Assembly: GCF_018977255.1 (NCBI RefSeq)
Contig: NW_024704743.1
Span: forward strand, 79,052,001 to 79,116,000
DNA: 64,000 nt
From: Callorhinchus milii
Lineage: Eukaryota
Reading direction: 5' to 3'
Notes under the pieces: model-generated
The model's database searches: none
What the model saw: only the letters and a program-made list of their open reading frames with translations
Told to the model about the DNA's origin: nothing
Translations under genes and position numbers: made by a program
Part shown: positions 1 through 33,300 of the stretch, piece after piece
Position numbering within the stretch: position 1 is the first letter of the stretch
How the letters are laid out: each line of letters begins with the position of its first letter

Positions 1-14
1 ATGATCTCACCAAT

Positions 15-600
15 CTGGAGATGAAGTGGTCTCAACTAAGATCTTTCTTATACCATGGTCTGAAGTCATTACAGGGTTAATTACATACTTAGCAAAGGAA
101 TGTCAGAATCAAGCCCACCCTCTGTGTTCCTGAGTCAGGTGGGTCCACAGTACTCCAAGGCACTGCTGATGATAGCCCAGCCAGCCTGACATGGAAAGGC
201 AGACCAGTCACTGGGGGTAGGGAGTCATCCAACTCAGGTCAATGCAATTGACCTGATTCATCCTGTTAACCCTGCAAGCCAAAGTCCAAATGGGTAGGGT
301 CATCCTAGCTGGTGAAGAAGTGGGAAAGCTTGTCAGACAGTGCTCTCAGACGCAAGCTATGTGGTTTTAATAGTACCCCAATGCACACTACAGAGTCCCC
401 AAGATTTGGCTCTTGCCAACCTGTCCCTAATACTCTCCAGAATTAGGTAAGCAGAATATGTGCCTCCAGGGAGAGATTCCAAAACACAGCTCTGGAATTT
501 CCATGTATAGGGAGATGCATGGAACTTTATTTGGTTTGGATACTCTTAAGTATGGTAATTGGTTTCCACATGTGTCAGTCACCCAGCTGACCAAAAAAAT
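15..600 (+). repeat. Unclassified interspersed repeat (homologous to 33000-33595 on the - strand)
   Basis: Collinear shared blocks with the reverse complement of 33000-33595, e.g. cctgttaaccctgcaagccaaa, ggcactgctgatga, ttggtttggatact. Confidence 0.75.
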
Positions 601-850
601 ACTGGGTTCAGTAATCGTGTTACATGTTGCATTCATTCATCATGTGTTTGTTTTTGTGTGGCTGCTTTGAAGGTTTTGTAAGCCTTCATCTTATAATACA
701 TTGATCCACAGAAATGTCAATTGTGCTGTCCAAACCAATATATTTTTCTACTTTTTATTGTGTGTGTGTTTGTAGAGGACGTGCTACAAATTATAATCCT
801 GCTTTTCTGAGGTTGAATCATTGTTTGAAATCTGTTCAATTCACCTGCAG

Positions 851-21496
<20,646 letters not shown>

Positions 21497-22019
21497 AATG
21501 TTTCAGAGCACCTAGGAGAAAAAATCTGGGGATTAAGGGGACAGCTTCATCTCCCATTCAATGTGCTGTATGTGGAAATAGATTAAATGTAACAAGCATT
21601 CTGCTCGGCTGAGACAGCAATCAGCGACAGTGCATTTTAGTCAAATGGTGATCACCTCTCAATGGAATAGGATTGGCATTCAGTCCAATGTTGATAAATT
21701 ATTCATAGAATTACGCAGTGTTACAGTATCGAAACAGGCCATTCAGTCCAACTAGTGCATACTGGTGTTTAAACTTCACTTGAGTTTGTACCTCTAATTC
21801 CCTCTCCCAGATTGCTCTGTTCCGTATTCCCTCAGGTTTGCATCAAGTTTTCTCTTAAATATGTTGATGCTTTCTGCTTCAACTAGATTCTGGCAGGGAG
21901 TTCCACATTCTGCATAACGATATTCCTACTAAATTCCCGTTTAGATCTGATACTGCCTAGCTTATATTTATGCTCCTTCAATTTGTTTCGTTCCCTCCGC
22001 TCTTTTGTTCCTTTTTGTT

Positions 22020-23360
22020 CCCTCCCTACCTGTCCACTGCCTCCACTCAGCAGGCACCGGCCTGCTCCATGTCCCCTGCTCAGCCCACCCCCACCATTGG
22101 CGGTTGGGCCTTCAGCCTCTTTGACCCCACACTTTGGAACTCGATTGCACATTCCCTTTGCCTCGCTCCCTCACTTGCCTCCTTCAAGGCATGTCTCAAG
22201 ACCCTCATCTTCGACAATGCCTGTGGCCACCCTCCCACTCTCTGGGATCCTAACTGCTTTAAATCCCACTGCCTTGTTCTATCGCCGGTCTCCCCTCCAC
22301 TACCATTCATAAAATCCAGGTCATCCAAAACTCTGCCGCCCGCATTCTTACCCGCACCAAACTCCATTCCCTGAATACCCCAGTCCCTGCCAGACTGCAC
22401 TGGCTGCCTGTCCCAAAGAGGATCGACTTCCAGATCCTCACCCTTGTCTTCAAATCCCTCCACTCCTCTGCACCCCCCTACCTCTCTGACCTCCTCTCTC
22501 CTCACAACAGTGCCCGTTGCCTTCGCTCCACCGGATCTGGCCTCTTCCTTGTCCCCCGAATCCTCCGCTCCACCATCGGCGGCCGTGCCTTCAGCTGAGG
22601 CTCTGGAACTCCCTTCCTCACTCCCTTTGCCTCGCCCCCTCTCTTCCTATTTTCAGGTCTCGGCTGAAGACCTTTCTTTTCGACCGCGCCTTTGGTCACC
22701 TTCCTCTCCCTCCCACTGGTTCGGCCCCGGGATCCATTTCTGTGAAGCGCTCTGAGTTGCCGTCCGGGGTGGATTGCGCTATATAAATCTGTTGTTGTTG
22801 TTGCCTTCCCCTACCTCTGCAACATCGCCTGGCTCCGCCATTGTCTCACACCCCAAGCCTCTGAAACCCTCATACACATCAAGGACCAAGGACAGAACCC
22901 TGAAGAATGCCACATGAGACAGAAGAAGGTTATCTGGGCTTGACTATGCAAACTCCTTGCTTGTCAGCCTCTGCAACTCTTCCCTCCATCAACTGCAGAT
23001 CATCCAGAACTTTGAAGCTTGTGTCCTCTGAGCGCTCTGAGACGCCGTCCAGCGTGGAGGGTGCTAAATAAATCCAAGTTGTTATTGTTGTTGTTGTCCC
23101 CTCCCCCCCCATCAGGCTTTGTGACCCTATCACCTCCATCCTTGCCCAACTCCACTGGCTTCCCATCACAGAGGATACAGTTCAAGATCCTGGTCCTCAC
23201 CTTCAAAACCCTTCATGACCTTGCTCTCCCCTCCCTCTGCGACCTCCTTACCCCCTACAATTCTGCCCGCTCCCTCATCTCAGTGGACTCCAGCCTGCTT
23301 TACGTCCCCTGCCTTGCCCATCCCACCATTGGAGAGCGGCCCTTCCGCCTCTCTGATGTA
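22020..23360 (+). mobile_element. Cluster of nested/tandem L2 3' fragments
   Basis: Repeated LHWLP, FKIL.L.FK and LWNS motifs; tails at about 22790-22803 and 23078-23096. Confidence 0.85.
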
Positions 23361-24002
23361 ACCTGATGAGAAAATGTCAGTACTGTATGTGCCAGCATGT
23401 GGGCCCCAAGATAACAAGTCTTGCCTAAATGAAGCTATTAAATAAAAAAAATGCATTTAATTGAATGAGACAGATGGCCATCGTGGTAGTCCTCTTCAGG
23501 AGGCACACTATCCAGGGTATTCTGAACTAACATTTGAAGTTTTTACAATGTCACTGTATGATCTTAAAGTTACATCTCTGAGGTCTATGCAAGGATGAGA
23601 GTGAAAACTTATGAAGGCAGAACAAAAGTGCTGGAATAGCTCCAGATGCAGCCACACTAATAAATAACTATGTGTTTGTTACTTCTCAGTGTTCACAAAC
23701 AAATATAACAAAATAACACAAGAACATTGAACTTCACTCATGGGTTTTAAAAAACAATCAATATAAATTGCTCTCAGGGTAAAATTGAAACCTAATTTTT
23801 CATCATCTTTCCATTCTTATGTCAGTGACATTGAATGATGTTTTATTTTAAGGAGCGTGAAAGAAAATCCATAATTTATAACCAATGCAACCAGTGAGAT
23901 ATTTAAGTCATTACATATGAATGCGAAAGTGCCTCGCTATCATTTATGTGGAACATTTCCACTTCTTGCAGAGATAATGCGCGGACAAATTGGATTTATT
24001 TG

Positions 24003-24517
24003 TGTTAAGGAAAAACCTTTTCGAGTTCCAATCAAACACAGCCACTGTTTGCAACCAGAGTGGTGTTTATTAAACTCCAGGATCCGTCCAAGTTCCCGAT
24101 GTGCGTGGGCAAGTAAGCACAATCAATAGATTCACTAACAGAACAATACTACCGCGTAATCCCTCCTCGTGGTCGTCTACTTCTGCTTTCTAGCTCTCAG
24201 TCTTCCATCCACGGTAGGTACTGTCCAGAACGTGCGCCGATCTTGGTCTGGCACGGTGCCTTAAGCTTGTGTACATCCAATGATGGTGTGGACATTAGGT
24301 CACCTGGCCAAAATCATGCTGGGTTCACGTGAACATCTCATGGAGTGTACGTGCCTCACACACACAAAACACACTGTCCTTAAGACAGTCCGTTATCTTG
24401 TGTACTTGCAGGGAAGTAGTACACGTCTTGTCCTTGAGACACTCACGTGATCCGGGGAAACGCATGAGTTTCAGTCCAGTTGTCCCCCCACACTTAAAAG
24501 TTAACCCGTTCGCAACA
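24003..24517 (-). mobile_element. Possible solo LTR
   Basis: CpG-retaining block bounded by TGTT...AACA; AATAAA on the - strand near 24066-24071; no convincing target-site duplication. Confidence 0.4.
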
Positions 24518-25511
24518 TCTATTATGATTCTAACATTATACAAAAAGCGTAAATTCTACATTTGGAATAAGTAGTTTGTTCCATGTGACCGAATGTTGGG
24601 AAATTTTACGTCATGTTTCTCTCAAAGCATCATATCTTTTTCAATTTAATTAGTGCCTTGTGGCTCCAAATTTATTCCTAGTATGCATACATAACATTTC
24701 CACCCTGACTCCCACCCTCACGCTTAAAGTATATGAGGATAGGGCAGGGCAGTGGGATTTAAAGACGTTTGCTCTGTGAGTTGATGCAGACTCGATGGCT
24801 GATTGTCCTCCTTCTACACAGTAAATTTCTTGCTTCTGTGACTCATTTACCCTTCCTGAAATCTTCTTCCTGAATAATTTTTCCTCATTAAATTTTNGCT
24901 AAATTTACAATCATTAAATCATAAAATTTACAGCATAGGACCCCATTTGGCCTATCAAGTCTGCATAGCTCTCAGAAAATGTTCATTGAATCCCACTACT
25001 CTTATCTCCATACGCTTTCAAGCCTCTATCTTTCATATGCCAATCTACTTACCTCTTGAAACACAAATTGACTCTGCTTCTACACCTAAATTCTCCATTT
25101 TTCTTATGACTCTTAAGACTATGGCCCCAGCATGAATTTAAGGAAATCACAAACAAATCGGTAACATTTCTTCACAAAGAAATGCGGAATTCTCTAACAT
25201 TAACTATTGTTGAGGCATAGTCCATGAATGCTAAAAGCTAATAATAGATCTGTGACAATGGTAATTAAAATAAATGAGATTATACTAGGGTCCAAATAGA
25301 GAAAAACACCAGCGTAGATATGATTGGCCAAATTGCCTTTACTGTGTTGGAAAATTCTGTGATTGCAGAACACAAATCTTTGTCTTCTTCCCGTTACAAT
25401 GTCAACCTTAAATAAGTGAAGGCATACAACAAAGTAACTGGCTTCTATATTGACCACCTATAACAAGACACTCAGTGATGTACTTGAGTACAGCACCAAG
25501 GAATCACAATT

Positions 25512-25841
25512 ATAATAATAATAATAATAATCCTTGCATTTGATATAGCACTTTTCACGTCGGGAGGACGTCCCAAAGCGCTTCACAGAATATACTGTAA
25601 AGTGAATTGACTGTATATTTGTGGGCAAAACGCGGCAGCCAATTGCGCACAGCAATGTCCCACAAACAGTCATGGATTGAAAATGACCAATTTTTATTAT
25701 TGTTTTTGGTTTTGGAGGGATTATTATTAGGCGTGTGGAGTAAGGAAACTTGCCCAAGGTTTCGCCCTGACCTGCCTGGAAATGAACTCAGGTCTCTCGC
25801 TTGCAAAGCGAGTGCTCTAACCACTGAGCTACAGGACTCCA
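25512..25841 (-). mobile_element. Full-length tRNA(Ala-like)-derived SINE
   Basis: Head tggagtcctgtagctcagtggttagagcactcgctttgcaagcgag; (TTA)n tail. Confidence 0.93.
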
Positions 25842-27223
25842 TAACATAACTAATGGAGAGATAAGTCCATAGAGAACTTCTGATCTTTTAATGTTTAATA
25901 ATCAGAACTGTAATCTCTAGCTAAGGCTAGGATCTGAACTTAACTCGCAAACATGCCACAATGAGAAAATAGGTTTCTGAACATGTATTAAAACACCATC
26001 AAACATATACTTGGTTGTAATATTTTAATGTTGGTTACAAATTGAATTGCAAATATGTCATTGTATTATTCTTCATATAAGACAACACTTGTATAAATCA
26101 AGGTCATTTTAATAAACACGAGCAAGTTATCTTTAAGGTTATCCATTAGGCATTTAGAAACCTGCGTTTTGTCAAAATTGACATTGCTTCATTTTGGCTT
26201 CCTTCCACTGGCCTACAAACAATAAATACTAGGAAGCAAATGAAACAACTACATTAGTTACTCTGATGGTTAAGTAAAATCAATTATCGAGTAGCTGAGC
26301 CATTAGGAAGAATACCATTTTCAATCCCTAATTGGATCGAGAGTCATGAGTAAGAATTACCATTGGCCTCAGTGCTCTGGGTTAAGGAAAAATAGCCAGG
26401 GCTCCAGCTCCGTCAAGCAATTACGATAGGTTGGTCATTTGCTTTGTGAACATTCTCTGGACCCTGCTATATAGTGCAGAATGTCTGCTGTGCTTGACAG
26501 CGATTCTCTGCAAGCTGTTTGACGTTGTGAGGATTGTATCAAATGAAAGTATTACAGTAGAGGCCCCAGGTTTCCAGACATGCATAGATTCTCTTTCTAC
26601 TTGTGTTACAAGGTACTAATTGACCGCCAGAACCCTGGACTTAGGGGACAGCCTTGACCATCAACTGGTCCATCAACTGCTCAGTGAGTCGGTAACTAAA
26701 GGGCATCAATTTAAGATAATTATCAAATCAGTAAATGAACAGGTTAGTTTTTTTATTAAAAAAGTTTTAGAACTTGGAATGCAGTGGCTGAGACAGAATC
26801 CATATTAGTTTTTAAGAGGAAATCAGGTTAAAAACACTGACCATTCTTCACAAAATAAATAGGAGGTTTTTTTTTGCTATTCATTTGATCAAATCTTATC
26901 AGTTCAACATAGCACTCCAAATCACAGGCCCCTTTCTCCCTACGTAACGGTCTGGGAATTACACTGCAGAAGATGAAGGCCTGCATAGACTTCATGCTCA
27001 ATTCCTCATCTAATCCTGATGCTATTACCATTGGGGGCATTAAATCTACGCCTAGCCATTACTTGTGTTCAAACTATGACTCATCTACTTGAATCAGCCT
27101 GCCTATAGTTAATATTCATCTAGGTGCTATAATATACCCAGGATGCTTGGCTTACATTAAGAGTGTATTGAACTCTGGGTGCAGCATGCAAGATACTGCA
27201 GCATTATGATGAAGGGGGCATAT

Positions 27224-27362
27224 CAGTTCTGATGGAGGGTTGTAGACCCAAAATATTGACTCACTTTCCTTTCTCCACAGATGCTGCCTGACCTGCTGAG
27301 TGTTCCCAGTGACTTCTGTTTTTGGTTTCAGATTTCTAGCATCTGCAGTACGTTGCGTTTTA
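27224..27362 (+). mobile_element. Single degenerate arm of the hammerhead-bearing element
   Basis: gttctgatggagggttgtagacccaaaatattgactcactttcc...gatgctgcctgacctgctgagtgttcccag. Confidence 0.65.
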
Positions 27363-28714
27363 TTTATACCGAAACTAGCAAAATGCTTCATCTTCTCATT
27401 AGAGATGTAATTAGATGAGAAATTCCTTAAGAACCAAGTCTCAAATGGGGACTCCTTTCAGTATGAAATCTGCTCCGACAGAATTAGTTGCAGAGTAGAG
27501 TTGCTGCAGGTCAGTGTAACATACGTCTGATTACCTAGCGTAAGGAGTACCCTAGATTTGTCATAGATTTCTGTCATAGATTTCTCACATTTATTCTGTA
27601 ACCACAATGAACAAGAATTTAAAAGAATAAACGTACACATTGTACACTGACTGAAAAACACCATATATCAGTCCTATCATTAGGTTATTCTGTATACTGT
27701 CTTCTTTTATGGAAACGCATTTGGTTATCCAATGCTAAAGGACAGTATTTAGTGTTGTCTAATATTAGAAATGGCATCAATGAATTAGCAGCCAACTTGT
27801 GTACTCATGTAAATAGATGTCATGAATTGACATTCATTCACAACCCTTATTAAATGTGTCTTGCTATAAAGATAGGTATTTTTATTGCCAAATCCAGTTC
27901 AGAAATCACCTTGAACACTTTTGAAGCTCCATATCGACTCTTAACAGTAACTCCATAACTATACACCACCACCAGTCGGACAATTTGGCTGATGGCACTC
28001 TCGCAATAAATTTTACTAACAATTCAGATCTAATTTTGTTCGTGTTTATTATTTGATAAGTGCCTAATACGAATCAATTGGATCCAGATTATTCACTGTT
28101 AAGGGAGTCTATTTCACACACTGTACAATTCAAATTATTTTGTGCAATGATTCAATGACCCATCCAGATTCAACAAATCATTTATGATTTCCCAAATAGG
28201 AAAGAATAAAATAGGGAAAGTTTAAAATTTGCACAAGCAAACATATGCCCAAAGCTCAGATTTTCTTTTGTGCTAACGCTAATTAAAGGTCAAAACAGGA
28301 TAGTGGTAAATATGAAAAACACTAAAATATAACCATAAAGCAGAAAAGGCAAACAATTAGAATAAACTGATAACCAGTAGATTTAAAGTTATGCAGAGTG
28401 AGTTGGCATTTGTAAGAATACAGTGGCTGAAACAGATAGCTCACCTTTCAGCACAAGTTGTAGAATCAAATATTATTAAGTGATTACAGTGACATTTATC
28501 ACTATCAAGTGATCATTCATTGTTCAAATGAAGCAAGTCAAAGTTCCAGTAGTTTTGAGGACAGAGAGTGAAATATTATTCACACTGGTCAGGATAGAGA
28601 GATATGAGTTAAGCAGGGTATAAAAGAAAGTTAAGCTGAGAGTTTGACCAAAGACTACTTTGTTAAGAGCTATTTGTTGAGTTTATAACATTTAAACGGA
28701 TGTCGAATAAGCAA

Positions 28715-29460
28715 CTTGCATTTCATGAAAAATAACAAGAGCACTTTACGTGTCGGGGAAACACAGAGCAAAAGATCATAGGCACAGTCAAAGAGGTAAA
28801 TTTAAGGTGGGACCCGAAGACCAATATAGGGGATGAAACAGAAGGGTAGAATGAGATAAGGTTAGGGGGTGTAGAATGAGAAAGCCCAGCTACAGATAAA
28901 ATACAGCAGGTACATGTAGCAAGTCTGAGTTCATCAAGTGGAGGGGATGAGCAGAGGAGTGGGTAGGAAGAGATTGGAGAGACAGGGTGGTGTAAAGACA
29001 TGTAGTATTTGTAGGTGAGCATCTTGAAATCCTCAGACCAGGGAGCCGATGAAACCTGACAAGAAGTAGGTTAATAGACATGCAGTTTTGAATAAATTGA
29101 AGTTCATGGATGGTGAAGCTAGGGAGACGAGCAAGGAATGCATTTTAAAAGGCCAGATGAGAAGTAATAAAGGCATGGATAATGTTTTCAGCCACATTCA
29201 GAATGAGGTAGGAACAGAAGTGATAATGTGGCAGAAGTGAAGAAAAGTAGTCTTAGTCCAAGAACCAATGTAAGAAAAGGAGAGCTAAGAACTGAACTAG
29301 ACTCAGAAGTTGGACACTGGTTCAGTGAGTTTAAGAGAGCCTGATGAGGTTGAGGTGTCAGAGCCAGAAATGAGGGGACATTGGCAGGCGCCAAGATAGA
29401 AGGCTTCAGTCTTGGCCATTTGAATAAGGGGTGAGGGCAAACTTTGTGGATTAAGAGTCA
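28715..29460 (-). mobile_element. Highly degenerate L2 fragment
   Basis: L2-type tail near 28715-28760 and purine-rich remnants of ORF2. Confidence 0.55.
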
Positions 29461-30169
29461 TTGGCTTCAGTGGAGGAGTTAGCACCAGCATAGGCTTGAA
29501 GGGCTCAATGGCCTTCCTTCTGTACTGTAATTTTTATGATCCTATTCTATGATTCTTGTGCAGAAAAACAATGTGGAAATAGACAAACTCTTAACACAGT
29601 GTGACCAGCACCCTCTACAACTTTGTACAATTAAAACACACTTACAAAAATGCACACACACATCTTACAATTACCAATTCATAATACCATCTAACTTGGG
29701 CTAACTTTGAAATCCATACAATTAAAAAATAATTTCCAAATAGGAAACTAAATCATCTAGATAATTAACTTTGATCAATTAGTAGAGTAGAATTTCATTA
29801 TTGGATTAAATGTTGTCACGTTCATTGCACCTGGGCAACATTTAAGATATTAGTGAACAAAATAGTCTGACATTGTAAAACTTGTCTCATTTGTAGAGAC
29901 CACTTAAATGCAAGTCAAATAAATTAGTGTTTCAATAAATTTATACACGACCAGTCCCAAAAAGGCTCATTAGATTCTATCCAAGAGAATTACTCAAGAG
30001 TATTAATTTCCTATTCTGCATTTCACAACTTCCTGGCTTGGGTTGCAAGCCTTTTTGGCTTGAGTTGCACTTTTACCCTTGTTGGACTGTAGTTATTGTT
30101 CGCTGTAGTTGTTGTTCCAGGGTTGCTTCATAATCAAAATTCACTTTCAATACTCAAGGGAAAATAAGT

Positions 30170-30301
30170 TTATTTCTGGTCAATAGTGTTTTCTTCAATT
30201 AACTTTGCAGTTTCTTCTGGGATTTCTTCTTCATCACTTTTCAAGAAAAGCAAAGGAAACATTCCAAGGCAGCAGCCTATAGTCACACCGATAACCTTGC
30301 C
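30170..30301 (-). CDS. TMEM65: TMEM65 exon 7 ([43 protein letters not shown])
   Basis: ttcccag| acceptor; stop TAA at 30172-30170. Confidence 0.94.
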   Translation of the reverse strand, partial: GKVIGVTIGCCLGMFPLLFLKSDEEEIPEETAKLIEENTIDQK

Positions 30302-33300
30302 CTGGGAACATAAAAGGTTAAAAGAAACATTTTTAAAAAGTTACGTTATTCATTTGAACATCTAATTTTAAAAGAAAATTTCAGCTTGCTGTTGAGGACA
30401 TAAATCAAATGAAGACCTGAATTTATTTAAGGATCTTGCAGTGTTTGGGGAGTAGCACACAGTACTGTTACCATTGTAACTTGATCCCACTCAACCCAAT
30501 ACCTACCTACCTATTTTGGTCGAAGTCCATATTATCATTAAGCTATGATAGAAAGAGGAAGACTCATCTCTTGAGTCCCAATGAAGAAACAATATTTCAC
30601 ATTTTAGTACAAGAATGAGCATGTAACTGATAATATTTATTACTAAATGATTCTTCTTTAAATAGCTAGTTTGTTCCTTGAAAAGGAGCCGTAGGAAAGG
30701 AGGCAAGTGCACCTGAAAAAAAATGAAACACTCACCAGTTGCGAACTAACCCGAGTCTGCCACATGTCAGCTTGTTTTGGTGATAGATCAGGACATGGCA
30801 GCCCTAGTCTATATGCAAGGGCCTCGACATATCCTGCAAGACTAATAGCAAAAGAAGTTCTCAAACCAGTTGCCTACATTTGAGGCAATTTTTTAAAACT
30901 GGTATATACTCCAAAACACAAGTTATTAATAAAACTCCATCAAAGCCAACATGATTGTTTTACACTTCTACTAACTCTGCCTTCTCCCTTAAAATTGGAG
31001 GAAATGCTGTAATCATAGAATCATACAGCCCACCAATCTTGTGCCGGCTCTTGAAAGAGCTATTCAAATTAATCCCACTTCCCCACGATCTCCTCGTAGT
31101 CCTGCAAACTTCTCTCTAGAAAGTCATCATCGAATCGGCTTCCACCACCCTTTCAGGCAATGCATTCCAGATCCGAAAATTTGCTGTGTGAAAAAAATTT
31201 CTCCTCATCTCCCCTTTGTTTTTTTTGACAACTATTTAAAATCTGGGTCCTATGGGTTAATGCCCCACCCGCCAGTGCTAACAGTTTCTCCTTGTTCACT
31301 CTTTCAAATCCCTGATAATTTTGAACATCTCTATTAAATCTCCCCGTAACCTTCTATGCTCCAGGGGGGTGGGGGAGAAAACAATCATAGCTTCTCTAGT
31401 CTCTCCACAAAACTCAAGTCCTTCATTCCTGGTAAATCTCCTTTGCACCCTCACCAAGGCCTTGACATCCTTCCTAAAGTATGGCACCCAGAATTGAACA
31501 CAGTACTCTAGCTGAGGGCTAACCAATGTTTTATAAAGGTTCATCATAACCTCTTTATTTTTGTATTCTATGCCCCTATTTATAAAGGCAAGGATCCTGT
31601 AAGCTTTTTTTTAAACAGCTTCCTATCTACCTCTCCAGCCACCTTCAAAGATTTGCTTATGTGAACTCCCAGGTCTCTCTGCTCCTCCACCCCCTTTAAG
31701 ATAAGTTAATACTGATCTGAACCAGCATTCACAACTCCATTCTAGGACAAAAAAAGTAATAATCCCTAATTGGTCTTCATGCCAAAAGCATCACAGAGAC
31801 CTCTGCATCAGAGCTGCTTCACTGACAATTTCCTCCCGAGAATCCAATCATGTTCTTTGCTGATTATAATGGATTCTTTTAATTGTTAACCATAAGGGAA
31901 ATGAGCCAAAGTCATCAGTGGACATTTTCTTATGCATCTCTTACTATTAGGTTAAACAGCAGTGGAGGTTTGATCACAGATCAATTCCAAACACACATAA
32001 AATAGAATTTCATACTGGTATATGGGGTGGGGGGATGGGGAGAAGTAGAGGGGCAAAGGAGTCTAAATACAAATACTATAAACAAAATTTCTATGGATTT
32101 GATACCAAAGTGTGTGGGGGGGGGGGGGGGGGGGGAGTGGAGTGCGTGAATGGTACAACACTACACTTAGAAATAAATCTGAGTGTTCAACACCAATGCC
32201 TAATGCTATCAACCAAGCAACCAGCAGAAGCACACACTTACCCCAGGCCAGCAACATCAGACACAAGGTTCCCCAGTGCTGCAGCTGATTGGTTAAGAAG
32301 ACAAAAAACAATTGAAGTGATAGGTTTGAGCCTGTCTTTTGCAATTATGTTCACATCATACTTCTCAAGTATTTGCCTGGACTAGTATTACATCTTCATA
32401 TTTGAAAATATTTTGAAAATTCAGAACCATCACCAGGGAGTTGGAAAGACGGCCCAGTTTATTAAGACAATGCATTCCATCTGTAAAAATACTTGTTAAA
32501 TGGCTTTGAAGGTACTGTAGAATTTACTAACTTACAATTAGGTTACACACAGTATCCATCACAAAGTTTAAAAAAATAAACACAAAAGTACCACATTCAG
32601 TCAGATCCAACTTCACTGGGTTGTGTAAGTCAAAGTACAATGAGGACATATATACTCGTCTATATACACAACAAAAGGATGCTTCAGCTGTAGAAAATGT
32701 CTTCAGATACACACCACCATCAACTGCAGAAAATAGGGCTATTTCCTCAAACTCGGTTCCAAGACCCTCTTCACTGTCCTCACTCCAAATCATGTGTTGC
32801 CCATGTATTACACAGCTATATTACAGTTGATGCTCTGTGGCAATTGCTTCATCCCAACTGCATGAACTGTGGCAAGGCTTGTGAAACCAAACTCTAGCAG
32901 CAAATGAATTAAACCTAATGTTATGACATTTGAAAGTGAGCCCCAAAATCATGAGGCATGAAGGGGGAAAAACAAACAGGAAACAACATGTTTTTTGGGG
33001 GTGGTCAGCCAGGTGTCTGACACATGCAGAAACCCATCACCATGCTTAATAGTATCCAAACCAAGTTGGGAATTCCATGCATCCCACCTACACAAGGAAA
33101 TTCCAGAGATAGACTGTTGGGATAGAATGTACACACACTGCCTGGACAAAAACATCCTGTTTGCCTAAGTATGTATCAAAGGTTGGTAAAAGCCAAGACT
33201 TGGGGACCCCAGAGTTGGAGTATTGCTGGAGTCTAACCAGCTAAAACCAATCGCTTGCCATTGATATCCCCTGTTCTGGCAAGTGTTCCCACTGCTTGTC

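Noticed and set aside
23441..23446. AATAAA as the ferlin poly(A) signal
   Set aside because: It is one of several AATAAA hexamers in AT-rich DNA and cannot be assigned without transcript data.
24897..24897. Single N base
   Set aside because: An assembly ambiguity, not a biological feature.
25765..25841. tRNA-Ala(TGC)-like sequence (also at 19061, 50030-50101, 1104, 48850-48919)
   Set aside because: These are SINE heads: each continues into the same SINE body and L2-type tail, and none has a proper acceptor stem.
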